From Minisyncoccia bacterium (lineage in GTDB: Bacteria; Patescibacteriota; Minisyncoccia; Phycocordibacterales; UBA918): a stretch of DNA of 64,000 nt. Positions 38,533 to 48,738 of this stretch are shown piece after piece. The position numbers and the translations under genes are program-made. The DNA lies in assembly GCA_046293175.1 (NCBI GenBank), contig JBKBPM010000002.1, positions 19,176 through 83,175 on the forward strand. The letters run 5' to 3'. Position 1 is the stretch's first letter; every line of letters starts with the position of its first letter. The notes under the pieces are model-generated. The model did not search any database. It saw nothing but the letters and a program-made list of their open reading frames with translations, and had not been told where the DNA came from.

Positions 38533-39725
38533 TACTTGATGATCTTAGTTACAACACCAGCACCAACAGTCTTTCCACCTTCGCGGATAGCAAAGTTAGT
38601 CTGCTCTTCCATCGCTACTGGAGCGACGAGCTTGACCTTAAACTTAGCAGTATCTCCTGGCATAACCATTTCAACTCCCTCGCTGAGAGTTACCTCACCA
38701 GTAACGTCAGTGGTACGAATGTAGAACTGTGGCTTGTAACCAGTAAAGAATGGTGTGTGACGACCTCCTTCATCCTTCGAGAGTACGTATACTTCGGCTT
38801 CAAATTCTGTGTGTGGAGTCACTGAGCCCTTCTTCGCAAGTACCTGTCCACGGTGGATGTCTTCCTTCTTCACACCACGAAGAAGAATACCAGCGTTGTC
38901 TCCGGCCTGAGCCTGATCAAGCTGCTTGTTGAACATTTCAACTCCAGTCACCGTAGTAGTGGTAGTATCCTTGATACCAACGATTTCTACTTCTTCACCA
39001 ACCTTCACCGCACCACGTTCTACACGACCGGTTACTACCGTACCGCGTCCTTCAATTGAGAAGATATCTTCAATTGGCATAAGGAACGGCTTATCGAGCT
39101 GACGTTCTGGTAGTGGGAAGTATGAGTCCATCGCATCAACGAGTTCGATGATCTTGTCACCCCACTTACTCATTGGATCATTGAGAGCCTGGAGGCCTGA
39201 ACCGTGGATGATTGGAGCGTTCGCACCATCAAATCCGTTGTGGGTGAGGAGTTCACGGAGTTCTTCTTCCACGAGCATGAGCATTTCTTCGTCGTCAACC
39301 ATATCGCACTTGTTGAGGAATACGATGATGTTTGGCACACCCACTTGCTTTGCGAGGAGTACATGTTCACGAGTCTGTGGCATCGCACCGTCGGTAGCTG
39401 CTACTACGAGCACAGCGCCGTCCATCTGGGCTGCACCAGTAATCATGTTCTTGATGTAGTCAGCGTGACCAGGCGCGTCGATGTGCGCATAGTGACGATT
39501 TGGAGTCTCATACTCACTGTGTGAGAGAGAAATAGTAATACCACGAGCTTTTTCTTCTGGAGCCTTGTCGATTTCATCAACACCCTTAGTGGTAGCATCG
39601 TAGCCATTTCCACGAGCGTGGAGAGTGCTAAGAATTGCAGCAGTAAGCGTAGTCTTTCCGTGGTCAACGTGACCAATGGTACCTACGTTTACGTGCGGCT
39701 TTGTGCGGTCAAATGAACCTGCCAT
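38532..39725 (-). CDS. tuf: Elongation factor Tu
   Basis: [18 protein letters not shown]. Confidence 0.99.
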   Translation of the reverse strand: MAGSFDRTKPHVNVGTIGHVDHGKTTLTAAILSTLHARGNGYDATTKGVDEIDKAPEEKARGITISLSHSEYETPNRHYAHIDAPGHADYIKNMITGAAQMDGAVLVVAATDGAMPQTREHVLLAKQVGVPNIIVFLNKCDMVDDEEMLMLVEEELRELLTHNGFDGANAPIIHGSGLQALNDPMSKWGDKIIELVDAMDSYFPLPERQLDKPFLMPIEDIFSIEGRGTVVTGRVERGAVKVGEEVEIVGIKDTTTTTVTGVEMFNKQLDQAQAGDNAGILLRGVKKEDIHRGQVLAKKGSVTPHTEFEAEVYVLSKDEGGRHTPFFTGYKPQFYIRTTDVTGEVTLSEGVEMVMPGDTAKFKVKLVAPVAMEEQTNFAIREGGKTVGAGVVTKIIK

Positions 39726-39976
39726 AAACTTTATGATTAGTTATTCTCAATAATATTCCGCACACAGCTGCTTTTATATACAAAAGCCGTGCTTCCATGA
39801 GTTAGAACCGTAACGGCGCGAGAACAAAGTCGCGCTACGACTATAACCCATCGAAAGGGTGTGAAAGAGCAATATATGTTCGCTCCGACGACAACCAAAG
39901 GCTGTGGCGGTAGGGAGAATAGTAGCAGACAACAAAAATTATGCAAGCAGAGCTTTACTGCCTACAACTGGTTTAA

Positions 39977-40303
39977 TTAACGAAGCGCTTCTAAAATGGC
40001 TGTTCGGTCTGACTCTGAAGCACTCGGGGCAGCTTCGAGGGCTTTCACTACCGCTTCGGTATCTTCTGTTGTTGCTATAGGTGCGACCTCAAGTGCCTTC
40101 AAAATTTCAGCCTGATTTGCGTTTGTTGGGGCTTCAGCCACGGGCATTTCTGGGGTTGAAGTTGATTTTGCTGCTAGTCTCATGCCGTAATAAATATAAG
40201 CAGCCAAAATACCAACCAACATGAACACAAGCCCAATAGTTATAATCGTACGCAAATACTTGGCTTCGCGTGGGTTGATGGAAATTGGTTGTTCAGGATT
40301 CAT
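39977..40303 (-). CDS. Hypothetical single-TM protein
   Basis: One TM; internal KALE repeats. Confidence 0.6.
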   Translation of the reverse strand: MNPEQPISINPREAKYLRTIITIGLVFMLVGILAAYIYYGMRLAAKSTSTPEMPVAEAPTNANQAEILKALEVAPIATTEDTEAVVKALEAAPSASESDRTAILEALR

Positions 40304-40314
40304 ACTTTTTTGTA

Positions 40315-41436
40315 TTATACTTCCACAGCTACTGGTATAACCTCAATACTCAATCGTTCTTCGACAGTGCCATACGCACCCGTACAGGTCATACGTACAG
40401 TGGCAGTATTCATAATTGGACCAGTCTGTACAGAGCCACTGACCGCACCAACCGCTAAATTGGTAATACCAGGACCGTTAATTACACAAGTATTCCCAAT
40501 GAGTGATGATAGACTCCAGGTCACGGTAGCGGTGTTACCACGCCGTACTATTGGTGGAATGGCATTGAGATCCATTGTTGGACTAGTAGTACCAGTGCCG
40601 AGTATACAAATACCGCCACTAGGTATTAGACCAGCTGCACAGGTGGCACTGAGGGTAACCGCATCGAGCATGGTAGTACCACTACGAGCATGGAAGGTGG
40701 TATTACCAAGACCGATGGTTACACCAAAGTTTGTTTGTGTGTGGTTCGTACTCAATTGACTGGCCGGAGCCGTTACCCGATATATATTTGGTGAGGCTAC
40801 ACTGTTATCAATATCCCAATTAAGCTGGGTAACACAGGTACTTGCGTTCTGTGCTACCATACAGTTATTACCCCAGATAGTGGCGCTTGTGGTGGCGAAA
40901 GTAACGTGTGAAAACATATCAATCCAACCAACCACCTCACTTCCCCAAGCGTATGAATCTGCGTTCATACCGGTTGCCATATTTGATGTGATGGCATGAT
41001 TGGTGCCGCGCAGTGAAATCCAACCATCCCAAGCACCAGCTTCAGGATTGTTACTCATAGTACTGCAGGTACCACCAAGTGTCCCCGCACATGCCCTGGC
41101 CCAGCCACTCCAAGTGAGGTTTGGATATGTACCGGTCAAGCGAGCATTTTCTGCTGCCGTACCGCCACCGGTTGGGAAACCAGCAAGACCGCCAAACTTG
41201 ATCCAGCCAATATTACTACTCCAACCCCAGCCGGTGATAGTCCGGTCGGCGTTAATGGTTACTTTGTAGTCACTTGAGGCACAGTTACTATCATTACGAC
41301 AGTTGAGTGAAATCCATCCGATATTACTGCTCCAGGCAAAGCCATCGAGATCAATCGGAGCTGGAAGTGTCTGGGCATGAGCAAAGGCCGCTCCAACAAA
41401 TAGCATAGCGAGTAAAAACAACTGGTACAGTTTCAT
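40315..41436 (-). CDS. Secreted protein with AWSSNIGWI-type repeats
   Basis: Signal peptide; repeated G(F/W)(A/G)WSSNIGWI. Confidence 0.75.
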   Translation of the reverse strand: MKLYQLFLLAMLFVGAAFAHAQTLPAPIDLDGFAWSSNIGWISLNCRNDSNCASSDYKVTINADRTITGWGWSSNIGWIKFGGLAGFPTGGGTAAENARLTGTYPNLTWSGWARACAGTLGGTCSTMSNNPEAGAWDGWISLRGTNHAITSNMATGMNADSYAWGSEVVGWIDMFSHVTFATTSATIWGNNCMVAQNASTCVTQLNWDIDNSVASPNIYRVTAPASQLSTNHTQTNFGVTIGLGNTTFHARSGTTMLDAVTLSATCAAGLIPSGGICILGTGTTSPTMDLNAIPPIVRRGNTATVTWSLSSLIGNTCVINGPGITNLAVGAVSGSVQTGPIMNTATVRMTCTGAYGTVEERLSIEVIPVAVEV

Positions 41437-41546
41437 ATACTAGTAGTATAGGGTACAGAATGATACAAAGGAGGCGCTTGTACACAAATGGGGGATACCG
41501 TTATCAGATGCTTTTCTTGTTATGCTTCTTCCATTAGATCCTTCTT

Positions 41547-41710
41547 CTTACAGAAACTATATACCATTTGGGCATTTCATTTCTTTACCCTTTTACAGAC
41601 ACTATACACCTTGTCGCTACTTTATTTCGTTTCACTCATAAAGTACCTGGCAAGGTCTTGCTAAAGTGACCCGCACTTTCTCACTCATAGAATTCCTCAA
41701 ATGGTCTTGC
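41547..41710 (+). repeat. CTTACAG element copy F with copy C (41592-41684) nested in its loop
   Basis: F arms CCATTTG (41564-41570)/CAAATGG (41698-41704)+TCTTGC enclose a complete copy. Confidence 0.75.
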
Positions 41711-41840
41711 AGAATATGAACGGATTAATAAAAAGGCTCTCTCTGGAGCGCCTTTTCTTATGCCTCTTCTACAATATCCTTCAAGGTCAAGTCATTAAAT
41801 ATATTTCTTACTTGGTTCAAAATCTTCTCAGTGCTTCCCG

Positions 41841-41937
41841 CTTACAGCGGCAGTACACCTTTTGGATATCTTGTTTCGTTTCACTTACAAATTATCACAA
41901 AAAGTCGTGCGAAATGGGGTCCCATTCCATTTCTCAC
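41841..41937 (+). repeat. CTTACAG...CTCAC element, copy D
   Basis: Same motif and hairpin layout. Confidence 0.8.
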
Positions 41938-42056
41938 CCCCCGCCTCGCTGATTCGGCGCCTGTAGAGTCGCCCTACTTCGTTCCGGCTCGTCAAAGATA
42001 TAGTGGGAAGACATATATAAAGAGAGCACCCTCGTCGGGTGCTCTCTTTATTATTA

Positions 42057-44228
42057 TTATGCTTCCTCCACTATATCTTTGACACCTCTCGACTTCTTGA
42101 TTTCCATTGCCACGTTTGGTGGGACGACATCATAGTGATCGAAAGTCATGGTCATACTAGCGCGACCTTGAGTCATCGAACGGAGAGTGTTTGTGTAACC
42201 AAACATTTCAGAGAGTGGTACTTGGGCGGTAATCACCTTCTTATCACCAAGATCGGTCATTCCCTCTACCTGACCACGCTTACTCGAGATATTTCCGTTA
42301 ACGTCACCCATGAACTGCTCTGGAGTACGCACTTCAACCTTCATTACTGGTTCAAGGAGCACAGCACCGGCCTTCGCTGCTGCTTCCTTAAAGGCGTAAA
42401 TAGCCGCAAGCTTAAAAGCAATTTCACTTGAGTCTACTTCATGGAATGATCCATCATAGAGCTCCACAGTCACGTCTTCCATCTTGTAACCGGCCACAAA
42501 ACCACGTGCCATCGCTTCACGACAACCCTTCATAACAGCTGGGATAAATTCACCTGGGATCGCCCCTCCTTTGATACTGTTCACAAACTCAAAGTGATCT
42601 TCACGAGTGACATTCTTGGGCACTTCCTTCCCTTCTTCAAGTGGTTGCATTGGGCGAATCTTAATCTTGACGTGTCCGTACTGTCCACGACCACCAGATT
42701 GCTTTGCGTACTTGTAGTCTGCTTCAGCTTCGTGTTGAATCGTTTCTCGATAGGCTACCTGAGGAGCACCAACGTTAGCTTCTACACCAAATTCACGCTT
42801 CATACGGTCAACGAGAATTTCTAGGTGAAGCTCACCCATACCCTGAATAATCGTCTGCATGGTTTCTTCGTCAGTAGAAACGATGAAGGTTGGATCCTCG
42901 TCAGAGAGCTTCTTGAGTGCAGTACTCATCTTCTCCTGGTCATTTTTGGTCTTCGGTTCGACACTCATTGCGACCACTGGTGCTGGGAACACAATTTGTT
43001 CAAGAATGATTGGATTCTGCTCATCACAAAGTGTATGTGATGTCTTTACATCTTTGAGTCCTACGCCAGCCGCAATTTCGCCTGCGTATACTTCTTCGAT
43101 TTCTGTACGTTTATCGGCCTGGAGTCGCACGATACGACCAAGACGTTCTTTCTGACCAGTTGTCGCATTGTAGATATAGCTACCAGCTTTTACCACACCT
43201 GAGTACACACGGAAGAAAGTGAGCTGCCCCACAAATGGGTCAGTCTGTAGCTTAAACGCAAGCGCGCAGAATGGTTCTTCATCTGAAGCAGTGCGAGTGA
43301 TTTCCGCTTCGGTATCTGGATTTGTACCCTTAACTGCTTCGAGGTCAGTTGGTGCGGGAAGATAATCAACTACACCGTCAAGTACGAGCTGGACGCCAAT
43401 GTTTTTCAAAGCTGAACCAGTGAACACGGGGAAAATTTCGTTAGCAATCACCGCTTTACGGAGAGTGGCTTTGATTTGTTCATTCGTTGGCAATTCTCCA
43501 TTAAGATAGGCCTCCATCAAGGCATCATCATGCTCTACAACACGCTCAATGAGCTCGGCGCGGTACATTTCTGCATCATCCTTAAGCTCGGTCGGAATCT
43601 CATGCTCCACAATTTTAGTACCCATTTCTCCTTCGAAGGTATATGCCTTCATGCGGATAAGATCTACAACACCTTTGAAGTGTTCTTCCGCACCCCAGGG
43701 AAGTTGTACTCGTACGGCCTTCTTTGAAAGTCGGTCAAGAATACTGGCATATGACTTCTCAAATGATGCACCCATACGGTCCATCTTGTTGATGAAACAG
43801 AGACGAGGCACTTTCGCTTCGTCGGCGTAACCCCAGTTGGTTTCAGACTGTGGTTCTACTCCAGCTACTGAGTCAAATACGACGACAGCACCATCAAGTA
43901 CACGCATTGAACGCTTTACTTCAGCGGTGAAATCGATGTGACCGGGTGTGTCGATAATGTTAAAGGTGTACATCTGTGACTTGTCTTTACGATCAGTCAC
44001 ATCTGATTTTGACCAGTTACAAGAAATCGCGGCCGCGGTAATGGTGATACCACGTTCACGTTCCTGTTCCATCCAGTCGGTTACCGTCGCACCATCATGC
44101 ACTTCACCAATCTTATGTGACATACCGGTATAGAAAAGCACGCGCTCTGAGGTAGTAGTTTTACCAGCATCAACGTGCGCAACAATACCGAAGTTACGCA
44201 TTCTATTAATAGGAAATTCTCGGGCCAT
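42057..44228 (-). CDS. fusA: Elongation factor G
   Basis: [26 protein letters not shown]. Confidence 0.99.
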   Translation of the reverse strand: MAREFPINRMRNFGIVAHVDAGKTTTSERVLFYTGMSHKIGEVHDGATVTDWMEQERERGITITAAAISCNWSKSDVTDRKDKSQMYTFNIIDTPGHIDFTAEVKRSMRVLDGAVVVFDSVAGVEPQSETNWGYADEAKVPRLCFINKMDRMGASFEKSYASILDRLSKKAVRVQLPWGAEEHFKGVVDLIRMKAYTFEGEMGTKIVEHEIPTELKDDAEMYRAELIERVVEHDDALMEAYLNGELPTNEQIKATLRKAVIANEIFPVFTGSALKNIGVQLVLDGVVDYLPAPTDLEAVKGTNPDTEAEITRTASDEEPFCALAFKLQTDPFVGQLTFFRVYSGVVKAGSYIYNATTGQKERLGRIVRLQADKRTEIEEVYAGEIAAGVGLKDVKTSHTLCDEQNPIILEQIVFPAPVVAMSVEPKTKNDQEKMSTALKKLSDEDPTFIVSTDEETMQTIIQGMGELHLEILVDRMKREFGVEANVGAPQVAYRETIQHEAEADYKYAKQSGGRGQYGHVKIKIRPMQPLEEGKEVPKNVTREDHFEFVNSIKGGAIPGEFIPAVMKGCREAMARGFVAGYKMEDVTVELYDGSFHEVDSSEIAFKLAAIYAFKEAAAKAGAVLLEPVMKVEVRTPEQFMGDVNGNISSKRGQVEGMTDLGDKKVITAQVPLSEMFGYTNTLRSMTQGRASMTMTFDHYDVVPPNVAMEIKKSRGVKDIVEEA

Positions 44229-44403
44229 ACTATAATTTATGTATAAAGGTTTATTAATGTGCGTCTTTTACAAAACACGATTGGGGCGCGTACTAGAAAA
44301 GAAAAAGCCAATGAGGCGTCGCGCGTGTACTATACGGTATTTGGCATCTTTCGGCAATAGGAAATGGATTGGCCGAAGCAAACCCAAGAAGCGAACAATT
44401 GGA

Positions 44404-45729
44404 CTAATAGCCTAGTATCTTCATTGCAGCGAGCACCCGCTTTGCACCAGCAATATTGGCGCCGCGCACATAATCAATTCCCCAATCCGCTTTGCCCTCT
44501 GTCTTACAGAGTTCATGGATATTTTCCATGATAGCAACGAGTTTTGCCTCCACTTCCTCGGCTGACCAGGGATAATGGGCGGCATTCTGGGCCATCTCAA
44601 GTCCTGATACTGCCACCCCGCCAGCATTACTCGCTTTGCCGGGGGCGTGAGCAATATGTGCATCATGGAGGACCGCCACCGCCTCGTTTCTAAGTGGCAT
44701 ATTAGCCCCTTCGACAACAAGCACGGCGTGACTAGCAATTACCCTAGCATCGACTTCATCAATTTCGTTTTGAGTAGCGCAAGGGAAATAACCATCAGCC
44801 ACTACGGTTTGCCAGGGTGTACCGATTATAAACGTAGTACCTGAAATAGCTACGGTGTCGAGGTTAGCACCGGTGTCTTTATGAGCGATAATCGCATCGA
44901 TATCACTTATAGTTAGACCAGCTTCTTTGTAAAGGTAACCAGTGCGATCAGACAAGGTTAGAACCACCGCACCTTCGGATACCAGTTTCCGAGCCGTATG
45001 CTCGGCCACGTTACCAGATCCAGAGACCACACAGCGTAATCCTACCAAAGTCTTCCCTACTTCACGAAGCATGGCGCGAGCGAAATACACAACTCCATGC
45101 CCAGTTGCAGCAGTGCGACCAAAACTCCCACCAATCAGAGGATCTTTGCCAGTCATCGCCCCTTCACTACGATGGGTCAGTTCCTTATACATACCCATCA
45201 TGTAGCCAATCTCGCGACCACCAACACCCATGTCCCCAGCTGGTACATCTATTTCGACACCAATATGGTGGTGGAGCTCAACCATAAACGCTCGACAAAA
45301 ACTGCGAATTTCGCTGTCGCTGCGACCTTTTGGATTAAAATCGCTTCCCCCTTTCCCTCCCCCTAAGGGAAGACCCGTCAGGGCATTTTTGAAAATTTGC
45401 TCAAATCCGAGGAATTTAAGCACATCCTCATTCACTGTCGGATCAAACCGCAGACCACCCTTATATGACCCGAGCGCTGAATTGAATTGCACTCGGTAAC
45501 CAATATTGTGTTCAATTGCACCTTGATCATTGGTCCACAATACTTTAAAAGCAATAATACGCTCCGGAATAGCAAGCCGTAAAAGCCGTTCGTAGTCTTC
45601 TTTAGTCGCACCCGTAGCTTTTAAGTATGGTTCCAAAGTTACGAAAACTTCCACAACAGCTTGCAAAAAAGTTGGTTGATGTGGCAAGTGAGCGGTTAAG
45701 GCAGCCAAAACGTCAGTGGTCGATGTCAT
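44404..45729 (-). CDS. gdhA: Glutamate dehydrogenase (GdhA type)
   Basis: KGGLRF, GGGKGG, DVPAGD, GSGNV, EGAN. Confidence 0.95.
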   Translation of the reverse strand: MTSTTDVLAALTAHLPHQPTFLQAVVEVFVTLEPYLKATGATKEDYERLLRLAIPERIIAFKVLWTNDQGAIEHNIGYRVQFNSALGSYKGGLRFDPTVNEDVLKFLGFEQIFKNALTGLPLGGGKGGSDFNPKGRSDSEIRSFCRAFMVELHHHIGVEIDVPAGDMGVGGREIGYMMGMYKELTHRSEGAMTGKDPLIGGSFGRTAATGHGVVYFARAMLREVGKTLVGLRCVVSGSGNVAEHTARKLVSEGAVVLTLSDRTGYLYKEAGLTISDIDAIIAHKDTGANLDTVAISGTTFIIGTPWQTVVADGYFPCATQNEIDEVDARVIASHAVLVVEGANMPLRNEAVAVLHDAHIAHAPGKASNAGGVAVSGLEMAQNAAHYPWSAEEVEAKLVAIMENIHELCKTEGKADWGIDYVRGANIAGAKRVLAAMKILGY

Positions 45730-45799
45730 AGCTATCAGTATACGCCTCTTTGGTGGAGGCTTCCAATAGTCACTGTTTAGCCATTAGTCGTCATCAGAT

Positions 45800-46771
45800 T
45801 TACCGGAATTGTCTTCCTTTTTTATCCTCACCCTTATCTTCGTCCTCATTTTTATCATCATCACCTTCGCGGTCTTTTGAACGTTCGTCATCATCGTCGC
45901 GCCTATCCCTCATATCATTTACACTGCCATGACCACTCGTATCACGCTTATCTTCTTCCTCATGGTCATCATCATTTAAATCATCGCTTTCCTTGTCACG
46001 TGGATTACTATCATCAAACTTATTGTCATCATCCTTATGAATACTTCGGTCATTATCGCTATCGTTATCATCACGATGATTATCATCATGGCCTATGCGA
46101 ACCTCGAGTTCGCCATCATCACGACTGCGTACTCGCATAGTTTCGGTACGGATCTCAAAACGATCATCATCGATACGCAATCGCATATCATCACCTTCGC
46201 GACCATGCACACGAACTTCGTCAATTAAAGAAATAACTGCTCGTCGCCGACTTTCGGTATCTGACTGAGGTAGCTGCTCAGCTTGCCGCAAAAATGCATC
46301 TACGGCTCGCGCGATCCGCTCTTCACCCTGTTCATTAACTTTTAAGCTATCGGAGATTTCTTCGATTTCCCTTTTAGTCCTCTCGACTTCTTCTGCAATA
46401 ATAGCCGTCAGTTCTTGTTGGCGCTCGTCTAAAAAGGCAGAACGAAGTTCCACTTTACGTGCTTCACTAGCCAACAATAGACGCATTGCCTCAGTTTTTT
46501 GATCAACTGAAAATAGCCAATCTCCTGGCTTAGCCGCTTCGGCAGCGGCTACTGTGCCGCCTAAACCAACCACCAAAAATACTCCAAACAATCCCGCCAC
46601 TAAAGACCGTGCAGGCTTTTGGAGCCACATTGTATACGGGGACACAATCTTGGTCGACACTGGCATACCACCCGACACCTGTTCCATCACTCGAACAAAC
46701 ATCGCCTCCCGAGCCGGTATAGATTGTTCCGGCCGACTGACGTGCATTTTTTCATCAAATAAATCTTTCAT
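45800..46771 (-). CDS. Putative anti-sigma membrane protein (DUF5667-like) with Asp-rich tail
   Basis: TM, A.PGD.L...D...E motif; directly downstream of the ECF sigma. Confidence 0.6.
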   Translation of the reverse strand: MKDLFDEKMHVSRPEQSIPAREAMFVRVMEQVSGGMPVSTKIVSPYTMWLQKPARSLVAGLFGVFLVVGLGGTVAAAEAAKPGDWLFSVDQKTEAMRLLLASEARKVELRSAFLDERQQELTAIIAEEVERTKREIEEISDSLKVNEQGEERIARAVDAFLRQAEQLPQSDTESRRRAVISLIDEVRVHGREGDDMRLRIDDDRFEIRTETMRVRSRDDGELEVRIGHDDNHRDDNDSDNDRSIHKDDDNKFDDSNPRDKESDDLNDDDHEEEDKRDTSGHGSVNDMRDRRDDDDERSKDREGDDDKNEDEDKGEDKKGRQFR

Positions 46772-46781
46772 GATGCTCGTG

Positions 46782-47309
46782 TTACGTGAGTAATGTTCCT
46801 AAAAATTCCTTCGCTCGGTGATGCCTCGTCCGTACTGCCCCTTCCTCTATCCCGAGCAAGACACCGATTTCTTTAAAGCTCAACCGTGACCAGTGATGAA
46901 GGACCACAATCTCCCGCGCTGTCTCATCGAGTGCAGTAAGAGCTGATGCGACATCAAGTCGGATTGCTCCCACTTCGACAGTCGAGCTTCCTTGCTCACT
47001 CACCGTTGTTTCATCAAGCGTCTTTGGCTGTCGTTTTTGGTTTTCATATGTCTGCGCTAATTGCCGACGTACGATAGTAAATACATACTGATAAAGCTGT
47101 GGCGTGGTTGTATAAGTAAAAGTCGGTACAGCTTTGAAAAAAGCAATGAGGGTTTCCTGCACTATATCAGCTGCTTGTTCCGCTTCAAACACCCGTGACC
47201 GCACATAGGCATACAACCGCGGCTCAAGTTCATCAAAGAGCGCTTGGTAGGCCTGTTGGTCTCCCGCTTTTGCGGCTTCACACTGTGTTTGCCACTCATG
47301 GTCAGTCAT
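46782..47309 (-). CDS. ECF RNA polymerase sigma factor
   Basis: AADIVQET region 2; SFKEIG..LG...GAVRTR.HRA region 4. Confidence 0.92.
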   Translation of the reverse strand: MTDHEWQTQCEAAKAGDQQAYQALFDELEPRLYAYVRSRVFEAEQAADIVQETLIAFFKAVPTFTYTTTPQLYQYVFTIVRRQLAQTYENQKRQPKTLDETTVSEQGSSTVEVGAIRLDVASALTALDETAREIVVLHHWSRLSFKEIGVLLGIEEGAVRTRHHRAKEFLGTLLT

Positions 47310-47368
47310 AAAGGTGAGCCAACTTACCCTATATATGGGTTAAGCTGGGCAAAACGTTACATTAATGA

Positions 47369-48382
47369 TTATTCTCCGTCTGCGGTAGTGGCTTCATCAG
47401 CATATTCAAGAGCCTGTCCCGCGAGGACAAAGACCATGGTACTACCATCAGCCAATGTAAAGGTGAGGTTGCCATTCTCTGCTTCATCGTACGACTTAAT
47501 CTGACTCACCATCTCGAAGTACGGCCCCTCTTCTTTGGAATCACAAAACTTCTTGGTCGCTGCTACCGCGCCAAAGGTCATAGCAGAGGAAGTTCCCATT
47601 GGTGGAACATACTCGCTACTACCGGTATTACAGTCGGTTCCGAGAGATACCCGCGGTCCATCAAACAGCATGGTAAATACATCCGGTGTCGAGGGTTTAA
47701 CTACCGTGCCATCTGCCTTTTTTGTTTCACGCCAAATGTACTTACCTTTGAATTCTTTAGCAGCAAAAGCCGCTTCCTGCCAAGGCTTGCGACCTTCTTG
47801 GATAAAGGTGCCGGTGGTAATGTCTATAATAGCGGTGGTCTGCACCCTGGGTACTTCAGTCATAGCTTGATTTTGATCGTGCACAAAATACGTGACGGTA
47901 ACAGTATTACCCTCCCGCGTTAGTTTGGTCACCCGAATCCGGTCACCGAGGAATACTGAAGAAACGTGATTAAAACTTGTATCATTCTCGTCAATGAGCG
48001 CCAAATATACAAATGATCCTGTGCCTGGTGTAGAAACAACAATTGGTACCGCTCGGCGGCCGTTTTCTAGGTTAGTCGCAAAATCATCCATCGCGTAGAG
48101 TTGGCCTTCGCCAGTACCGGTAGCGAGCGCAAAACGATTCATTGGATAGTCACGAGTCGCTGATGGATAAATCAAATCAAGGACAACTTTGGTTGCCGGT
48201 TGATCTGGTACCACAAAGGTCTTACCTTTCATACTGTGCGCTACTGGTGGGATAGTCCAGGCATTAGGGTCACGAGTATAACGTGGCGGTTTTTCCGGTT
48301 CATAAAAGAAGTACCAATACGCACCACCCGCCAATACCGCAGTTACTACAACACCCAAACCAATAAAAAGATACTTTCTCAT
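47369..48382 (-). CDS. Membrane-anchored META-domain protein
   Basis: TDCN...FG..A.TKKFC C-terminal domain. Confidence 0.7.
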   Translation of the reverse strand: MRKYLFIGLGVVVTAVLAGGAYWYFFYEPEKPPRYTRDPNAWTIPPVAHSMKGKTFVVPDQPATKVVLDLIYPSATRDYPMNRFALATGTGEGQLYAMDDFATNLENGRRAVPIVVSTPGTGSFVYLALIDENDTSFNHVSSVFLGDRIRVTKLTREGNTVTVTYFVHDQNQAMTEVPRVQTTAIIDITTGTFIQEGRKPWQEAAFAAKEFKGKYIWRETKKADGTVVKPSTPDVFTMLFDGPRVSLGTDCNTGSSEYVPPMGTSSAMTFGAVAATKKFCDSKEEGPYFEMVSQIKSYDEAENGNLTFTLADGSTMVFVLAGQALEYADEATTADGE

Positions 48383-48481
48383 GCACTATCTTTAGAATTA
48401 CTCGGGTAGTATACCAGATTGTTTTGGAGTAACGACATGTTATTTCAATTCCAAGAATGCGTTCAAAAAGCATTCAGACAA

Positions 48482-48574
48482 GTGAGAAAGCGCGGGGCGC
48501 TTTCGTAAAACCTTTTGCGATAGTTTGTGAGTATAACAAAACAAACTAGCCAAAAGGTGTACTGTTCCTGTAAG
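48482..48574 (-). repeat. CTTACAG...CTCAC element, copy E
   Basis: Same layout on the minus strand; divergent from copy B. Confidence 0.85.
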
Positions 48575-48604
48575 GAAGCGCAAACGGGGCGTATATAGAC
48601 ACTT

Positions 48605-48684
48605 CTTACAGAAGCTGTACAGGTTGTCGCTATTTTTTCATAATAGCTGGCAACCTCTTGCGAAAGTCTCCCAGACTTTCTCAC
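48605..48684 (+). repeat. CTTACAG...CTCAC element, copy B
   Basis: Stem GGTTGTC/GGCAACC, TCTTGCG, AAAGTC/GACTTT. Confidence 0.85.
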
Positions 48685-48738
48685 GATGAGTGTTTCTGAG
48701 TGTAGCGCAACAAATTCTGAGAGATTTTTGGACGCGTT

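Noticed and set aside
45830-46140. His-rich + strand ORF or tandem repeat
   Set aside because: Antisense shadow of the Asp-rich (GAT) tail of 45800..46771.
15964-48684. CTTACAG elements or the fusA relics as a CRISPR array
   Set aside because: Dispersed, variable in sequence, no regular repeat-spacer period and no cas genes in the window.
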